From the IMG/VR virus record IMGVR_UViG_3300029267_002727, positions 1-64,000 of that record: a stretch of 64,000 nucleotides of DNA. The stretch is one strand, 5' to 3'. How positions within the stretch are numbered: position 1 is the stretch's first letter; the number at the start of each line of letters is the position of its first letter. Made by a program: the position numbers and the translations under genes. The notes beneath the pieces are model-generated. The model was not told where the DNA came from and ran no database searches. It saw only the letters and a list, made by a program, of their open reading frames with translations. Source of the stretch: a virus. Shown piece after piece: positions 10,301 through 18,804 of the stretch.

Positions 10301-13300
10301 AACTCTTCTGTCCCCTCGACTGCGGGGCGCACCGTCTCGTTCCACGTATCCAGGTTCTTGGCGAGCATTTCCACGGACGTGCGGAACGTTCGGGCGCTGA
10401 CACCAAGAATGCGCTCCACCGGCGATCCACCCTGAGCCTCTCCTGTCTCTGACACAGGACGGTTTCCAGCCTGTACTGGGCGCTGCGGAGCGGGCGCGGC
10501 AGTAGCAGCGGGCCTACTCGGCGGCTTTTGTCCGCCACCCTGACCTTGCTCGATCACCCATCGGGCGTTCATAGCCTCTTCTTGCGCTTCCTTGTCGCTC
10601 ATCCCGGCCGCTATCGCTCGGTCGTATGCCTGCTTAGCAGCGGCACTGGCTTGCGCCGCCTCCGGGCTACTAGCATCTATTGAGCCAGCAGGTGTCCCGC
10701 CGAACTCGGCCTGCTCTGAGAATGTAGTAGCCTCGGGCGGGGTTGTGGACGGGGGCTGTAAGCCGGCTTCCTGCGAGGTGATCCCGTACTCGGCCTCCAA
10801 GGGCGCCGCGGTACTGACAGGCCTTGGTAGCGGGGTGCCGGCCTGCGTCGTCATTGGCGCACTTGCCACGTCCATAAATTGCCAGCCGCGCTCTTCTGCT
10901 GGGGCTGTGCTTCTGGACTTGACGAACCCGGCCCCTAGTCCGGCCTCGTGCACCGCCTTCGCGCGCGCTACCGCCCAGTCATTATATTCTTCGGACCCGG
11001 GCCTCACCCCCTCTGGGGGATGCTTTGACATTGCCAGCCGCCACGACTTGATATCTTTCGTGGCTTCGGCAAGTTGCCCGCTCTGTAACCACTCCTCGGG
11101 GAGATTAGCCAGGAAGCTCTCTGCTGCCGACTGCTCCTTGGCTAATTTCGCATTGGCTTGTTCCTGCGTTTGCCCCTCGAATGGCGTTGCTTCACGTTGG
11201 CGCATTTTGGTCTTGGCGCGCTCGACAGCACTCACCGTTGCCGCGCGACCAAGTGGCGACTCCAGCATCCTCTCTTCGCCACCGGCATAGCGGGTGAGCA
11301 TTCTCCCGACTTCGACTTGTTCCTCTGTACCAAGTCCGCCAGCAGCTATGCGAGCAAATTGCTCTTCCATGGCCCCGATGTTGCCCTCGGGGGCAATGAG
11401 CTCGGCGGCCTGGCGTGGCGTCAGCGCAGCTTCTTCTTCTGACAGGGAGCCTGGTTGCACCAAGCTCTTCAGGGAACTGAGCAGGTTCTGTTGCATGCCG
11501 GCTAGCCCGGTCATTCTCCCACCACCTGGCTTCCCACTGGCTGTTCTCCAGCCACCAGTCCAAGGCTTGTATCCACGGAAGATGTCTGTGAACTGCTGAA
11601 GTGCTGGGGGTAACTCCTTGGGTCGCTGTGCGGTCTGGTAGGTCATATTGAACAGCGCTTGTGCTGCGCCCAGCCGCTCGCCACCACCCTTACCCATGCC
11701 GGCCGCGCGCATTAGGTTCTCGTAGGTGTTGTAGATCCCGCCGATTCGCTCTCGGAGCTCGAGATCTCCTGCGAGGGCCTTCTGCAATTCTTCTGGGGTG
11801 TATTCGTTCCACTCAGATACATCCAGAGCTTTGTGCATCCCCGCCGCGCTACCAGGGCCAGCCCCAACCTCCCCGGCCAACTCACCGGCACCCCAGCCTA
11901 CTTGCTGCTGAGCCATCTCCCTAAGTTGTTCTCGTGTGGCGAATGGCGCTTCCTGCCCGGCGATCGTCATGCCGCCACCTTCGCCACGTGTTACCCTGCC
12001 CAGCCACATGCGCATCATCAGGTCGGCGTCCCAGTCGCCGGCACCGGACTGTGTGAGTTCCTGGCTTGTAATAAACGGTGTTTCTTCACTGAGAAGGACA
12101 CCCTTCTCTGATGCTGCGCGTGGGTGTATCGCGCGACCGGCAACCTGGAACGGCTCGTCGCCAACAACGGGATACCTGGTAAGCGCCGCGGCAGGGACGG
12201 GCAGGCCGGCCTCGCGTGCCTCCTCGATGCCCATCTTGCTGCCCTTGTACCAACGCCTCTCGAACTCCTCTGCCTCCCTTGACCCTGGCTTGATGCCGTA
12301 TCCGCGCAACACCGCTTCTACTGGTGCCTGGAACTCCTCTGGCGCCAACGCTGGGTCACCATGGATCACACCACCCTCGCCCCGCTTAATGAATGCGCCG
12401 GTAGCAGCGCGCATCATTTTTCTGCCAAGGCCAAGTTCTGCCTGCGCTCCGATGGCCCTCTCCATAATCTTCTCGTACTCTCCCTCGCCATAGCCGCCCC
12501 GGCCAGTTGCGAGGGCCTGGAGGGCTTGCCCGTAGCGCCAATTAAACGCTGTGACCTCTTCTCCCTCTACTCCGCCATGTGCCCGGAACCTCTGCGCAAC
12601 GGCAGGCGCAGCCAGATAGCGCCCTCCACCGATCGAGATCGGACTGGTTCCGTATTGTTCGGCTGCCTGCTCCAGGATCGCGCCCTGCATCATCCCCGGA
12701 GGAATATTCCTTGGTGTGCCTTCCTCTGTCATTCCGACGCGCGCCTGGGCACGGACCTGGGCGCCGGCCATGAGTTCCCTGAGAGATTCCTTGGTCGGGG
12801 AAATTGTTCCCTGCGGGGTCTCGAACTCGCCGGTGCTGGCCAGGGCGGCATTGACGATACCCTGATAGGTCTCTCGCGTGCCCTGGGATTCTGCCATCAC
12901 ACGCTGGTGCATCTCTGGGTTCACGCGCTCCATACGCTCGAGCTCGCGCGCACTGTAGAACGGCCTGCGTGTGGGGAAATTGCGCCCGATAGGCGTAAAC
13001 GTCTCACCCATCATCAGGGTGGGGACCTCGGCGCTGAACTTGTACATCCCCTCACCCTGAGCCTCCCATGTGGCCCCCGGGATCTTCTTGGAGAGCTCCT
13101 CCCACCCTCTGCTTCCCTCATGTACCATCCTGGTATACCGGACATTCTCGGTGATGTCAGGAAGCATTTGTTGGAACGCGCGCACAAGGGGCTCGCCGGC
13201 CTCCTTCCACGTCTCCGGCATCTCGCCGGTGTACCCCTGTTCTGCGAGTAGCGCCTGGAGCCTCTCTGGCTGCTGAGCCATCATATACTGCCAGGCTGTG

Positions 13301-15303
13301 CCCAGTGGCTCCTTGTACTGCATCAGCATCTCGATATCACTGCGCCCCGTGAATGCCTGGATATCACCAACGGGCAGGGTTTCTTTGGTGCCGCCCGTCT
13401 TTCCGTACAGCGCGGCCCTTTCGGGTGCGATACTGCGTTCAAATACGGCCCGGTAGCCGCCGCCCTCCCTCTCTGCTATGTCGAGTAGCTCCGCCTGTTC
13501 CCAGGCCCCCCTACGCAGCAGGTTAAGCGGGGACGCCCCTTCAAACATCCTTATGTCTTCACCGACGCCCCACTTGGTGCCCACCTTTGCGAGTTCTTCA
13601 ACCGGGAATCCCTCGGGGACGTCAATATCCTTGGTGTAGCGCTGTGACACGCGCTCGATCGCGCCCTCTCCCAACATACCCATGCCGGCAGGAGTGACAT
13701 TCATCAATGGCATTGCTGCCCTTAACAAGGTCCCCCGCTGAGGCGTTTCGGAGGCGGGACCGCCACGCATAGCCGCCGGAACAGAGGTCTCCCGAAGGCC
13801 CTGCGCTGTCCACTGATAGATATCGAGGCCCTCATGTGATCCCAGGAGGGCGGTACGCTTGGCCAGCTTACTCTCGCCAACGGGGGTTTTAACGGATCCC
13901 GGCGTAGAGCCAGGTAGCCAATATCCAGATTCTGCTAGTGTACTAACGGGATAGAAAGCGGAGGACCCCTGGCGCGTCCAGATAGGCTCATTTGCACCCA
14001 GCGCCGTCTCTGCCTGGGACCACTGGGTGGCACCGGGCATGCGTCCATACTGTTCCTCCTGTTTGGCACCCCACGGCATCTCTGCTCTACCACGGACTCT
14101 CCGGTGCTCCTCCATGTAGCGCCACTCACGCGGAGAGTACGGGTCCTTCATCTTCTCCAGGGTGGGATCATAACGCGCCTTTGGCCGCGCGCCAAACCGA
14201 GACGTCATTTGCTGCTCGAGGTAGTCGCGGGCCGCCTCCGGCGTGCTGGATTCTCCAAGGCCCTCCTTGAGCATGCCCCTGAGCTCGCTCTGGGTATATC
14301 CGTACCTCATGTAATCAGCGAGGACGGTTTGGTATTGCTGCTGGCTGGTCTCGGCCCTTGCCTGGGCGGCCTGCGCGGCTTGTTGCTGTTGCTGGAATTG
14401 GTGATAGGGGATCTGCGTCACCTCGCCAGTGGAGCCGACCACGCCTATCATGGGGTTGGTGGGGCTCCCCGCTGGCGATGCAGAAGTGCCAATTCCTCTA
14501 GAGATCGCCTGGGCCTGCGGCGTCATCTGAGACGACACAGCGGTGCCGGGAACGGGTGCCCCCCGGGCTTGCCCCATCTGCACAAGCTGGTCGAGCAGCC
14601 TCTTGGTGGCACTAACGTCTGCCAGGGCATCGTGCGCCCCAAACTCCGGGAGGCCGAGTTTCTTACTGATAGCACTCAGCTTATACGACCCGCCAGCCTC
14701 CTGCCTGTTGACGACCCTGCGAGCCAGGGCGAGCGTGTCAACTAGTTGCATGCCATGCAGACTAGACGATGGAGGGGCAAACCCAATATCGAACGGTGAG
14801 TTGTGACCGACAGCGCTCTCCACGCCCCCGACACTGGCGATTAGACGGTCTAGCTCGCCCCATGCCTCCTGCTGTGAGGGGGCGCCCTGTAGCTGCTCGG
14901 GGCCAATGCCGTGGACGGACTGAGCTTCCGGGTTGATTGGCACCCCACCAGGGTCGATATAGGTGTTGTAGGAGATGGGGTCCCGACCAGGGACGTGGAT
15001 CTGCGCGCCAAGCTGAATGGCGACATCCTTGGAGGTAAGGCCGGTGGTCTCTACATCGAAGACGACGTGTGATCCAGGGGTTGGGTTTTGTTGTGTAGCC
15101 GCTGGGGCAAATTGGGCCTGAAGCACGGGGTATTCAGCTATCACTTCTGGTGGCACCGGCTTGCCCGCCGCCAGGGCCTGCCTTACATACTCGGCATGGT
15201 CCTCTGCATCGCCGTAGCCGCCTTGCCATTGCTCGCGGCGTGCAGCCTCCATAAATTCCTGTTGGCTCATTTCCCAGAATGGGCGTTTAGCTGATACTGC
15301 CAT
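7348..15303 (-). CDS. Tape measure protein fused to an N-terminal DEDDh 3'-5' exonuclease and a two-barrel (DPBB) RNA polymerase-like region (2651 aa)
   Basis: Follows the tail tube and frameshifted chaperones. Exonuclease motifs: FDVETTG (D83/E85), HNSPFD (D172), HDALAD (H224/D229). Beta'-type DPBB motifs: GGVIHGDPAL, LTRYP (R1043), GDWDAD (D1090/1092/1094). C-terminus has a hydrophobic G/A/L segment and a long Q/E/R coiled coil. Confidence 0.8.
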   Translation of the reverse strand: MAVSAKRPFWEMSQQEFMEAARREQWQGGYGDAEDHAEYVRQALAAGKPVPPEVIAEYPVLQAQFAPAATQQNPTPGSHVVFDVETTGLTSKDVAIQLGAQIHVPGRDPISYNTYIDPGGVPINPEAQSVHGIGPEQLQGAPSQQEAWGELDRLIASVGGVESAVGHNSPFDIGFAPPSSSLHGMQLVDTLALARRVVNRQEAGGSYKLSAISKKLGLPEFGAHDALADVSATKRLLDQLVQMGQARGAPVPGTAVSSQMTPQAQAISRGIGTSASPAGSPTNPMIGVVGSTGEVTQIPYHQFQQQQQAAQAAQARAETSQQQYQTVLADYMRYGYTQSELRGMLKEGLGESSTPEAARDYLEQQMTSRFGARPKARYDPTLEKMKDPYSPREWRYMEEHRRVRGRAEMPWGAKQEEQYGRMPGATQWSQAETALGANEPIWTRQGSSAFYPVSTLAESGYWLPGSTPGSVKTPVGESKLAKRTALLGSHEGLDIYQWTAQGLRETSVPAAMRGGPASETPQRGTLLRAAMPLMNVTPAGMGMLGEGAIERVSQRYTKDIDVPEGFPVEELAKVGTKWGVGEDIRMFEGASPLNLLRRGAWEQAELLDIAEREGGGYRAVFERSIAPERAALYGKTGGTKETLPVGDIQAFTGRSDIEMLMQYKEPLGTAWQYMMAQQPERLQALLAEQGYTGEMPETWKEAGEPLVRAFQQMLPDITENVRYTRMVHEGSRGWEELSKKIPGATWEAQGEGMYKFSAEVPTLMMGETFTPIGRNFPTRRPFYSARELERMERVNPEMHQRVMAESQGTRETYQGIVNAALASTGEFETPQGTISPTKESLRELMAGAQVRAQARVGMTEEGTPRNIPPGMMQGAILEQAAEQYGTSPISIGGGRYLAAPAVAQRFRAHGGVEGEEVTAFNWRYGQALQALATGRGGYGEGEYEKIMERAIGAQAELGLGRKMMRAATGAFIKRGEGGVIHGDPALAPEEFQAPVEAVLRGYGIKPGSREAEEFERRWYKGSKMGIEEAREAGLPVPAAALTRYPVVGDEPFQVAGRAIHPRAASEKGVLLSEETPFITSQELTQSGAGDWDADLMMRMWLGRVTRGEGGGMTIAGQEAPFATREQLREMAQQQVGWGAGELAGEVGAGPGSAAGMHKALDVSEWNEYTPEELQKALAGDLELRERIGGIYNTYENLMRAAGMGKGGGERLGAAQALFNMTYQTAQRPKELPPALQQFTDIFRGYKPWTGGWRTASGKPGGGRMTGLAGMQQNLLSSLKSLVQPGSLSEEEAALTPRQAAELIAPEGNIGAMEEQFARIAAGGLGTEEQVEVGRMLTRYAGGEERMLESPLGRAATVSAVERAKTKMRQREATPFEGQTQEQANAKLAKEQSAAESFLANLPEEWLQSGQLAEATKDIKSWRLAMSKHPPEGVRPGSEEYNDWAVARAKAVHEAGLGAGFVKSRSTAPAEERGWQFMDVASAPMTTQAGTPLPRPVSTAAPLEAEYGITSQEAGLQPPSTTPPEATTFSEQAEFGGTPAGSIDASSPEAAQASAAAKQAYDRAIAAGMSDKEAQEEAMNARWVIEQGQGGGQKPPSRPAATAAPAPQRPVQAGNRPVSETGEAQGGSPVERILGVSARTFRTSVEMLAKNLDTWNETVRPAVEGTEEFTKEMKELTNQTLQWKKNVERGLRQTWQGAEMRELRGAGETLTAQEGGTYVLPGMENLARMDEFMQQAKFNRLAAGGDGGDGGRGGPPAGTPEWQKGALGAWGPLRGADKMVRGVTSGWELMRLKRLWGMTGGYAMGQIPIAAQQEMAAAQVASVGMPMGQVASGDMAMQLMAYQAQQQQFKGQVGEAAFGAWGWAQQGVTGGGLAQAAGIGLPAIGAGLVGGSLAGIAGLSATGVGLPIAALAALYGTTSYSQQAMGDREKMALAAAQGPSAGWDYRLAAMSDRRYAPGARPNLSRGATQGPPVELTAYGERLRSGELAGLTGAGRLAAVQEATRLYAPEWMAPEQAMAGAQAWMQATPDETNIRDVYRDPRFAAMAMRGMQPGQFQQVAQQWGMDPSNWQAVMDQQLAVSPGQAQRSEWIARQWQPLTQFGMEGEEVREMAFGRQQRMWDEEEGRWYTGRGEPELERLDALGQAALGQWGAQAQQARLLGLEPAEPELGEGAAPVEEQRLQQMPLLQAQMGLQGQLAQYGLTGAGITEGFGGNIEAMQNFTRFMQGDQQMLNLIGAGNVGGGTAQVGAMQFDVAGQIAEPFTALMDEIRHTDPSGVRALEGMFKELRPLTESSGLKMGTTEMYGGFLEGFRPASGVDVGRMGEYAGLVQEEGLRGLQREQLGLQYEYKDFQFAQAERKQQWGEVSQFGGNFEGFETRGSFAIQRELRNLGRIWEDFTQQYQQQQRQLQFSQFMENWQVKAERTPVQFGWQREDLAFQGAQQTLQYAWGQEDIQEKMRYATGRERRALMKQQDRQTIQYAMGMGRLETQGERLDVREQWAKEDLEREKRQFLERFKLQDEYQSRYRSYIEQRRALENELQDIREHGARLNIDMAREQLDMQKQLEEKTRAINAVQMAVNQSLENAVALQRVFAQNLITALTRANSLASDWLSKMGAAAASTPSYDSTLYYRPPGYENIPPGSQDTTGGVIGGR

Positions 15304-15625
15304 GGATGATGGTCTCTAGATTCGCTATCTCGTCCTGTGCCATTGCGTATGCGTTGGCGCACACGGCAAACTCCATGAGGAGTAGGTGGGGCTGATCGGA
15401 GGTTCCTCCCTCCCACCATGGGCCATTCTTCTCACAGAGCCTCCAAAGCCGATATGGCTCAGGCATCTCTGCATCCAGTCGCGGCACCAGGGCCTGCTTC
15501 CTGATCTCTCGCTGCTTGTCTGGGTGTGCGTGCTCGTACCAGCCTTGCAGGGCCCAGTTGTGTACCGCTTCTTCTAACTCCTCGAGGTGCGCTAGGAGTT
15601 TGTCTGGTCCTTTGGCCCTTCCCCC
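15287..15625 (-). CDS. Tail assembly chaperone, frameshift extension (gpT-like)
   Basis: Open -1 frame overlapping the end of the upstream chaperone and ending at the TMP start. Confidence 0.65.
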   Translation of the reverse strand, partial: GGRAKGPDKLLAHLEELEEAVHNWALQGWYEHAHPDKQREIRKQALVPRLDAEMPEPYRLWRLCEKNGPWWEGGTSDQPHLLLMEFAVCANAYAMAQDEIANLETIIHGSIS

Positions 15626-16080
15626 TCCGGCTGCCTCAAGTCCCAGTCTGGGTTCATTTCCCATGCCGCATAGCGTAGCGCGCGCGTCACGAGCGGGCTC
15701 TGGGCGCCAAAACTCTTCAAGAAATCACGGAATGTGCCCTCGACGTAGCGAGCGTGCATCTTGCCGCTGGAGAACTTGCAGAGCGGCTCCCCGTCAGGAC
15801 CGAAGATGTTCCCCGCGTCACACATGCAACGGAACACCTGCATGGCCCATACCTCGCGCATGCGCGAGTCACGGATCTCCTGCACCTCGTTTTCAGACCA
15901 TACCACGCGGCGCTCCGAGGACATCTGGTCGATCGCCATGCTGTCGGCCTCAGTGGCCTGTCGCACGATCACGTATGCCTTTTCCTCATTGGGGCACTCT
16001 CCCTCCAGCAGTTCGATTTGCGGAACGAGGTCTTGAAGATATATTACATCGGACACGGTTGGAAGGGCCTTGATGGCCAT
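15592..16080 (-). CDS. Tail assembly chaperone (gpG-like)
   Basis: ATG at 16080 after AAGGAGAG; lies between tail tube and TMP. Confidence 0.65.
   Translation of the reverse strand: MAIKALPTVSDVIYLQDLVPQIELLEGECPNEEKAYVIVRQATEADSMAIDQMSSERRVVWSENEVQEIRDSRMREVWAMQVFRCMCDAGNIFGPDGEPLCKFSSGKMHARYVEGTFRDFLKSFGAQSPLVTRALRYAAWEMNPDWDLRQPEGEGPKDQTNS
15619..15625 (-). other. Putative -1 programmed frameshift site G GGG GAA
   Basis: GGGGGAA is in frame (codons GGG GAA) near the end of the chaperone ORF; the downstream ORF is exactly in the -1 frame. Confidence 0.65.
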
Positions 16081-16090
16081 TATTCTCTCC

Positions 16091-16375
16091 TTAGAACAGT
16101 TCGTCCCTCGGTATCGAGGGTAGCGCAGGCCTCTTAGTGACCCGCTTGCGCTTCTTCTCGGCACATTCCGGGCACGGCTCTTTCGGCTGTAGCCCCGCAT
16201 CGCCCGGACCAGCGGCAGCTAACTCTATCCGTACTCCGCGCAGTGTCTTGTTGGCCGCTACCAGTTGGGCTTGGTGTAGCCTGCGCAGGAATGCGTTTGT
16301 TGCAAAGCCTGGTGGGGCAGAGCGGGACACAGCCCGCTCTGCCAAACCAAGCAGTTGAGCAAGGGTGATCTCCAC
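16091..16375 (-). CDS. Hypothetical protein (CxxC, basic C-terminus)
   Basis: GTG immediately after the tail tube stop; fills the gap in the operon. Confidence 0.45.
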   Translation of the reverse strand: MEITLAQLLGLAERAVSRSAPPGFATNAFLRRLHQAQLVAANKTLRGVRIELAAAGPGDAGLQPKEPCPECAEKKRKRVTKRPALPSIPRDELF

Positions 16376-17527
16376 CTACGGCAAGTCGTAGTCGGCCTTC
16401 GCGTTCTGTAACAGAATGGTGAACGGGTCACCGCTCTCTGTTGACAAAACCGTCGCCGTAACCTGCAACACGATCGGCCGGTTTGGCTGAACCCGGATAG
16501 GCCGGGCCTGCCAGGCCACGTTGTCCTCGGACGTGTCGCTGATCAGGCGAATCCGATAAGGCTCTGTACCGGAGATGTAGGTCTGTGATGTGAACTCGAC
16601 ATCCACATCGGCCTTGTAAACGATGCAAGTCGCATTGGCGTCTGTCAGGCCATCGTTCGTTGCCCCAGAGAATGTCGATACGTACAGACCATAATCTTCG
16701 ATCAGGATAGTTGCCGTCACGGTCACAGCGCGCCCCAGAACCGGGTAGTCGATCGGGTCGATGGATCCGATCTGGAGCGACTGGGCGGGCGGCAGCAGGG
16801 TGTTCACCACCGTTACGGATGCAGCCGTGGCCTGGAACGACGTACTCTCGACCTTGAAGTGCCCGGAGCAATTGGCCACCGGGAAGTGATCAAATTCGTC
16901 GTACGATGCGGTCCAGCCAGGGTTGAAGTCGAAGTCGTAGTCGCTCTGGTACAGCCGGGCCATGACATCCAGGTCTGCCGTCACGGGCGCGGCAGCGGCG
17001 CCGGTCACCGTGAGCGCGGCAACGCGCGCATCCTGTAAGATCTCGCCAAGTTCGTATGTCGATGTTGGATGTGGTAGCAGTCGCCGGAGTGTCAGGTATG
17101 GGATGAAGAACTGGTCGCTCGAGTAGAAGCGGAAGATGTGAGTGTTGATCCCGGCATCGGCTCCACTGCCACCGGCTAGGTAGTGCGCGATGGTTGTGTC
17201 AGACACGGTGGATACGTCACCCATTGCAGCCAGGAGCAGCCATCCAAAGCGGTTGTCGAGACGCGGAATAAGCGAGATGCCACCCGCGCCCCATGCGCCC
17301 GCAACGAACATGCCGCTTGGCAGTGCACGGCCGCCGATCTCTGGCGGCAGCGCAGCCTGGTTCTTCATTGGCCCGAAGGCCAGGTCCCGCGCGACGTAGT
17401 AGTAAAACTGGTTGTCGGTCGTGTTGGGGACCTCGAACCCGGCCACCATCTTGGCATGGTCGGTTCCGGCGCCACTTTGCTGGATGGCGGCCCCGATCAA
17501 TGCGTTATTGGGCATGATTAGTGCCAT
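16376..17527 (-). CDS. Major tail tube protein
   Basis: 383 aa, strong RBS AAGGAGG, position upstream of chaperones/TMP, beta-rich. Confidence 0.7.
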   Translation of the reverse strand: MALIMPNNALIGAAIQQSGAGTDHAKMVAGFEVPNTTDNQFYYYVARDLAFGPMKNQAALPPEIGGRALPSGMFVAGAWGAGGISLIPRLDNRFGWLLLAAMGDVSTVSDTTIAHYLAGGSGADAGINTHIFRFYSSDQFFIPYLTLRRLLPHPTSTYELGEILQDARVAALTVTGAAAAPVTADLDVMARLYQSDYDFDFNPGWTASYDEFDHFPVANCSGHFKVESTSFQATAASVTVVNTLLPPAQSLQIGSIDPIDYPVLGRAVTVTATILIEDYGLYVSTFSGATNDGLTDANATCIVYKADVDVEFTSQTYISGTEPYRIRLISDTSEDNVAWQARPIRVQPNRPIVLQVTATVLSTESGDPFTILLQNAKADYDLP

Positions 17528-17545
17528 ACGGTCCTCCTTTCAGGG

Positions 17546-18103
17546 CTAACTGCGACAGTCTACGCGGTAGACAAACGCTCGCCAGTCTACCCAGCGGCGG
17601 CTGATAGATACTGCGCCGCCCCCGCTTTCGTGGCCGTAGGCCTGCCACGTCTCCAGTATCATGAGCGTGTTTCCCCAGTCATCTGTGAGAGGGATTAGAT
17701 TTGCGTCTCTGTTAATCGCCGCTTTCACTCGCTCATAGATCGACGATATGATAGAGATCGAATCTTCGTACTCTTCCCTCTCGCGTATGTTGATCTCGAC
17801 GCAGCCGAGATACTTTTCTACCTTGCCGCCGCCGAGTTCCTTGGGCCAGTCCCAGGGCTTCTCAGCGGTCGTCGTAGGCTTGCCGCTGACCATCGAGTCT
17901 TTGTCGGCGTTGAGGCCCAGCGGGTGCTGCATGTGGATCGAGACCACGATGTCGTCCCGTAGCTCCCTGGTAGGCTTACCAAGTACGACCCAGTTCGCAC
18001 GGGACGGGTCATTTGAGGCCACGTCTGTAATGCACCATTTTGTGATGGCGATCTTGAGTGCGGCCGCTAGAACCGACTCTATCCCCAGTTTCTCGACTGG
18101 CAT
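17546..18103 (-). CDS. Tail completion / terminator-like protein
   Basis: ATG at 18103 overlaps the upstream stop; synteny. Confidence 0.5.
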   Translation of the reverse strand: MPVEKLGIESVLAAALKIAITKWCITDVASNDPSRANWVVLGKPTRELRDDIVVSIHMQHPLGLNADKDSMVSGKPTTTAEKPWDWPKELGGGKVEKYLGCVEINIREREEYEDSISIISSIYERVKAAINRDANLIPLTDDWGNTLMILETWQAYGHESGGGAVSISRRWVDWRAFVYRVDCRS

Positions 18104-18804
18104 TAGCTCACAGTCTCCAGTCGCGCGGGCGGGAATAGGCCGATCAGGCGGTTCCACATATCGAGATGGTGCAACACGCTCTGCTGGCGCGGGTTGTGCA
18201 TAGGATTGCCACTGTCAACCCGGATCTTGTACTGGTTGATGTCAGATGCAAATACTTCCTTGGGCATCATGCAGTGTACAGTGGTCAGGTGCCCCATCGC
18301 CGGCTCTGCCCATCGCGGAGTGTAGACCCTGTCTTGCTTGTAGGTATCTACGTTTCCGTCGTCATCTACGGTGTACTCCACATCAGGGTAATAAGCCCAG
18401 TAGTACAGTGTGAAGTCTGTGCTGTCTACATCAACGTCTTTCTCCAGATAGAGGCGACCGGCGAAGATCCAGTAACGCTCGCTGTCATCATCTGCATAGC
18501 GTACGTCTCCCGGTTCCCAGTCTACCGGACGCCACCATCGTTCATTGTCAGCATCATAGAGCCCCTGTAGCGCGAAGAAGTCGTCAGGCAGTATTGCCTC
18601 GCGCTCGCTTGCTTGCAGTGTAAGCGGTGTGGTGCGAGCGCGAGGGGTGTGGTGGACCAGGATGCGCTGGGCCCAGTTCCACGACTCGATGCGCAGGACC
18701 TCTACGAACAGGGGCGTGATAAGATCCCCTGCTGCATTGTACCTGGGCGCATCATCTAGGAACTGGTCCAGCTTACTGTTTACCTCGGTCCACGTAACTG
18801 CCAT
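18103..18804 (-). CDS. Head-tail adaptor/connector protein
   Basis: Directly after the MCP; ILPDDF motif typical of adaptor proteins. Confidence 0.55.
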   Translation of the reverse strand: MAVTWTEVNSKLDQFLDDAPRYNAAGDLITPLFVEVLRIESWNWAQRILVHHTPRARTTPLTLQASEREAILPDDFFALQGLYDADNERWWRPVDWEPGDVRYADDDSERYWIFAGRLYLEKDVDVDSTDFTLYYWAYYPDVEYTVDDDGNVDTYKQDRVYTPRWAEPAMGHLTTVHCMMPKEVFASDINQYKIRVDSGNPMHNPRQQSVLHHLDMWNRLIGLFPPARLETVS

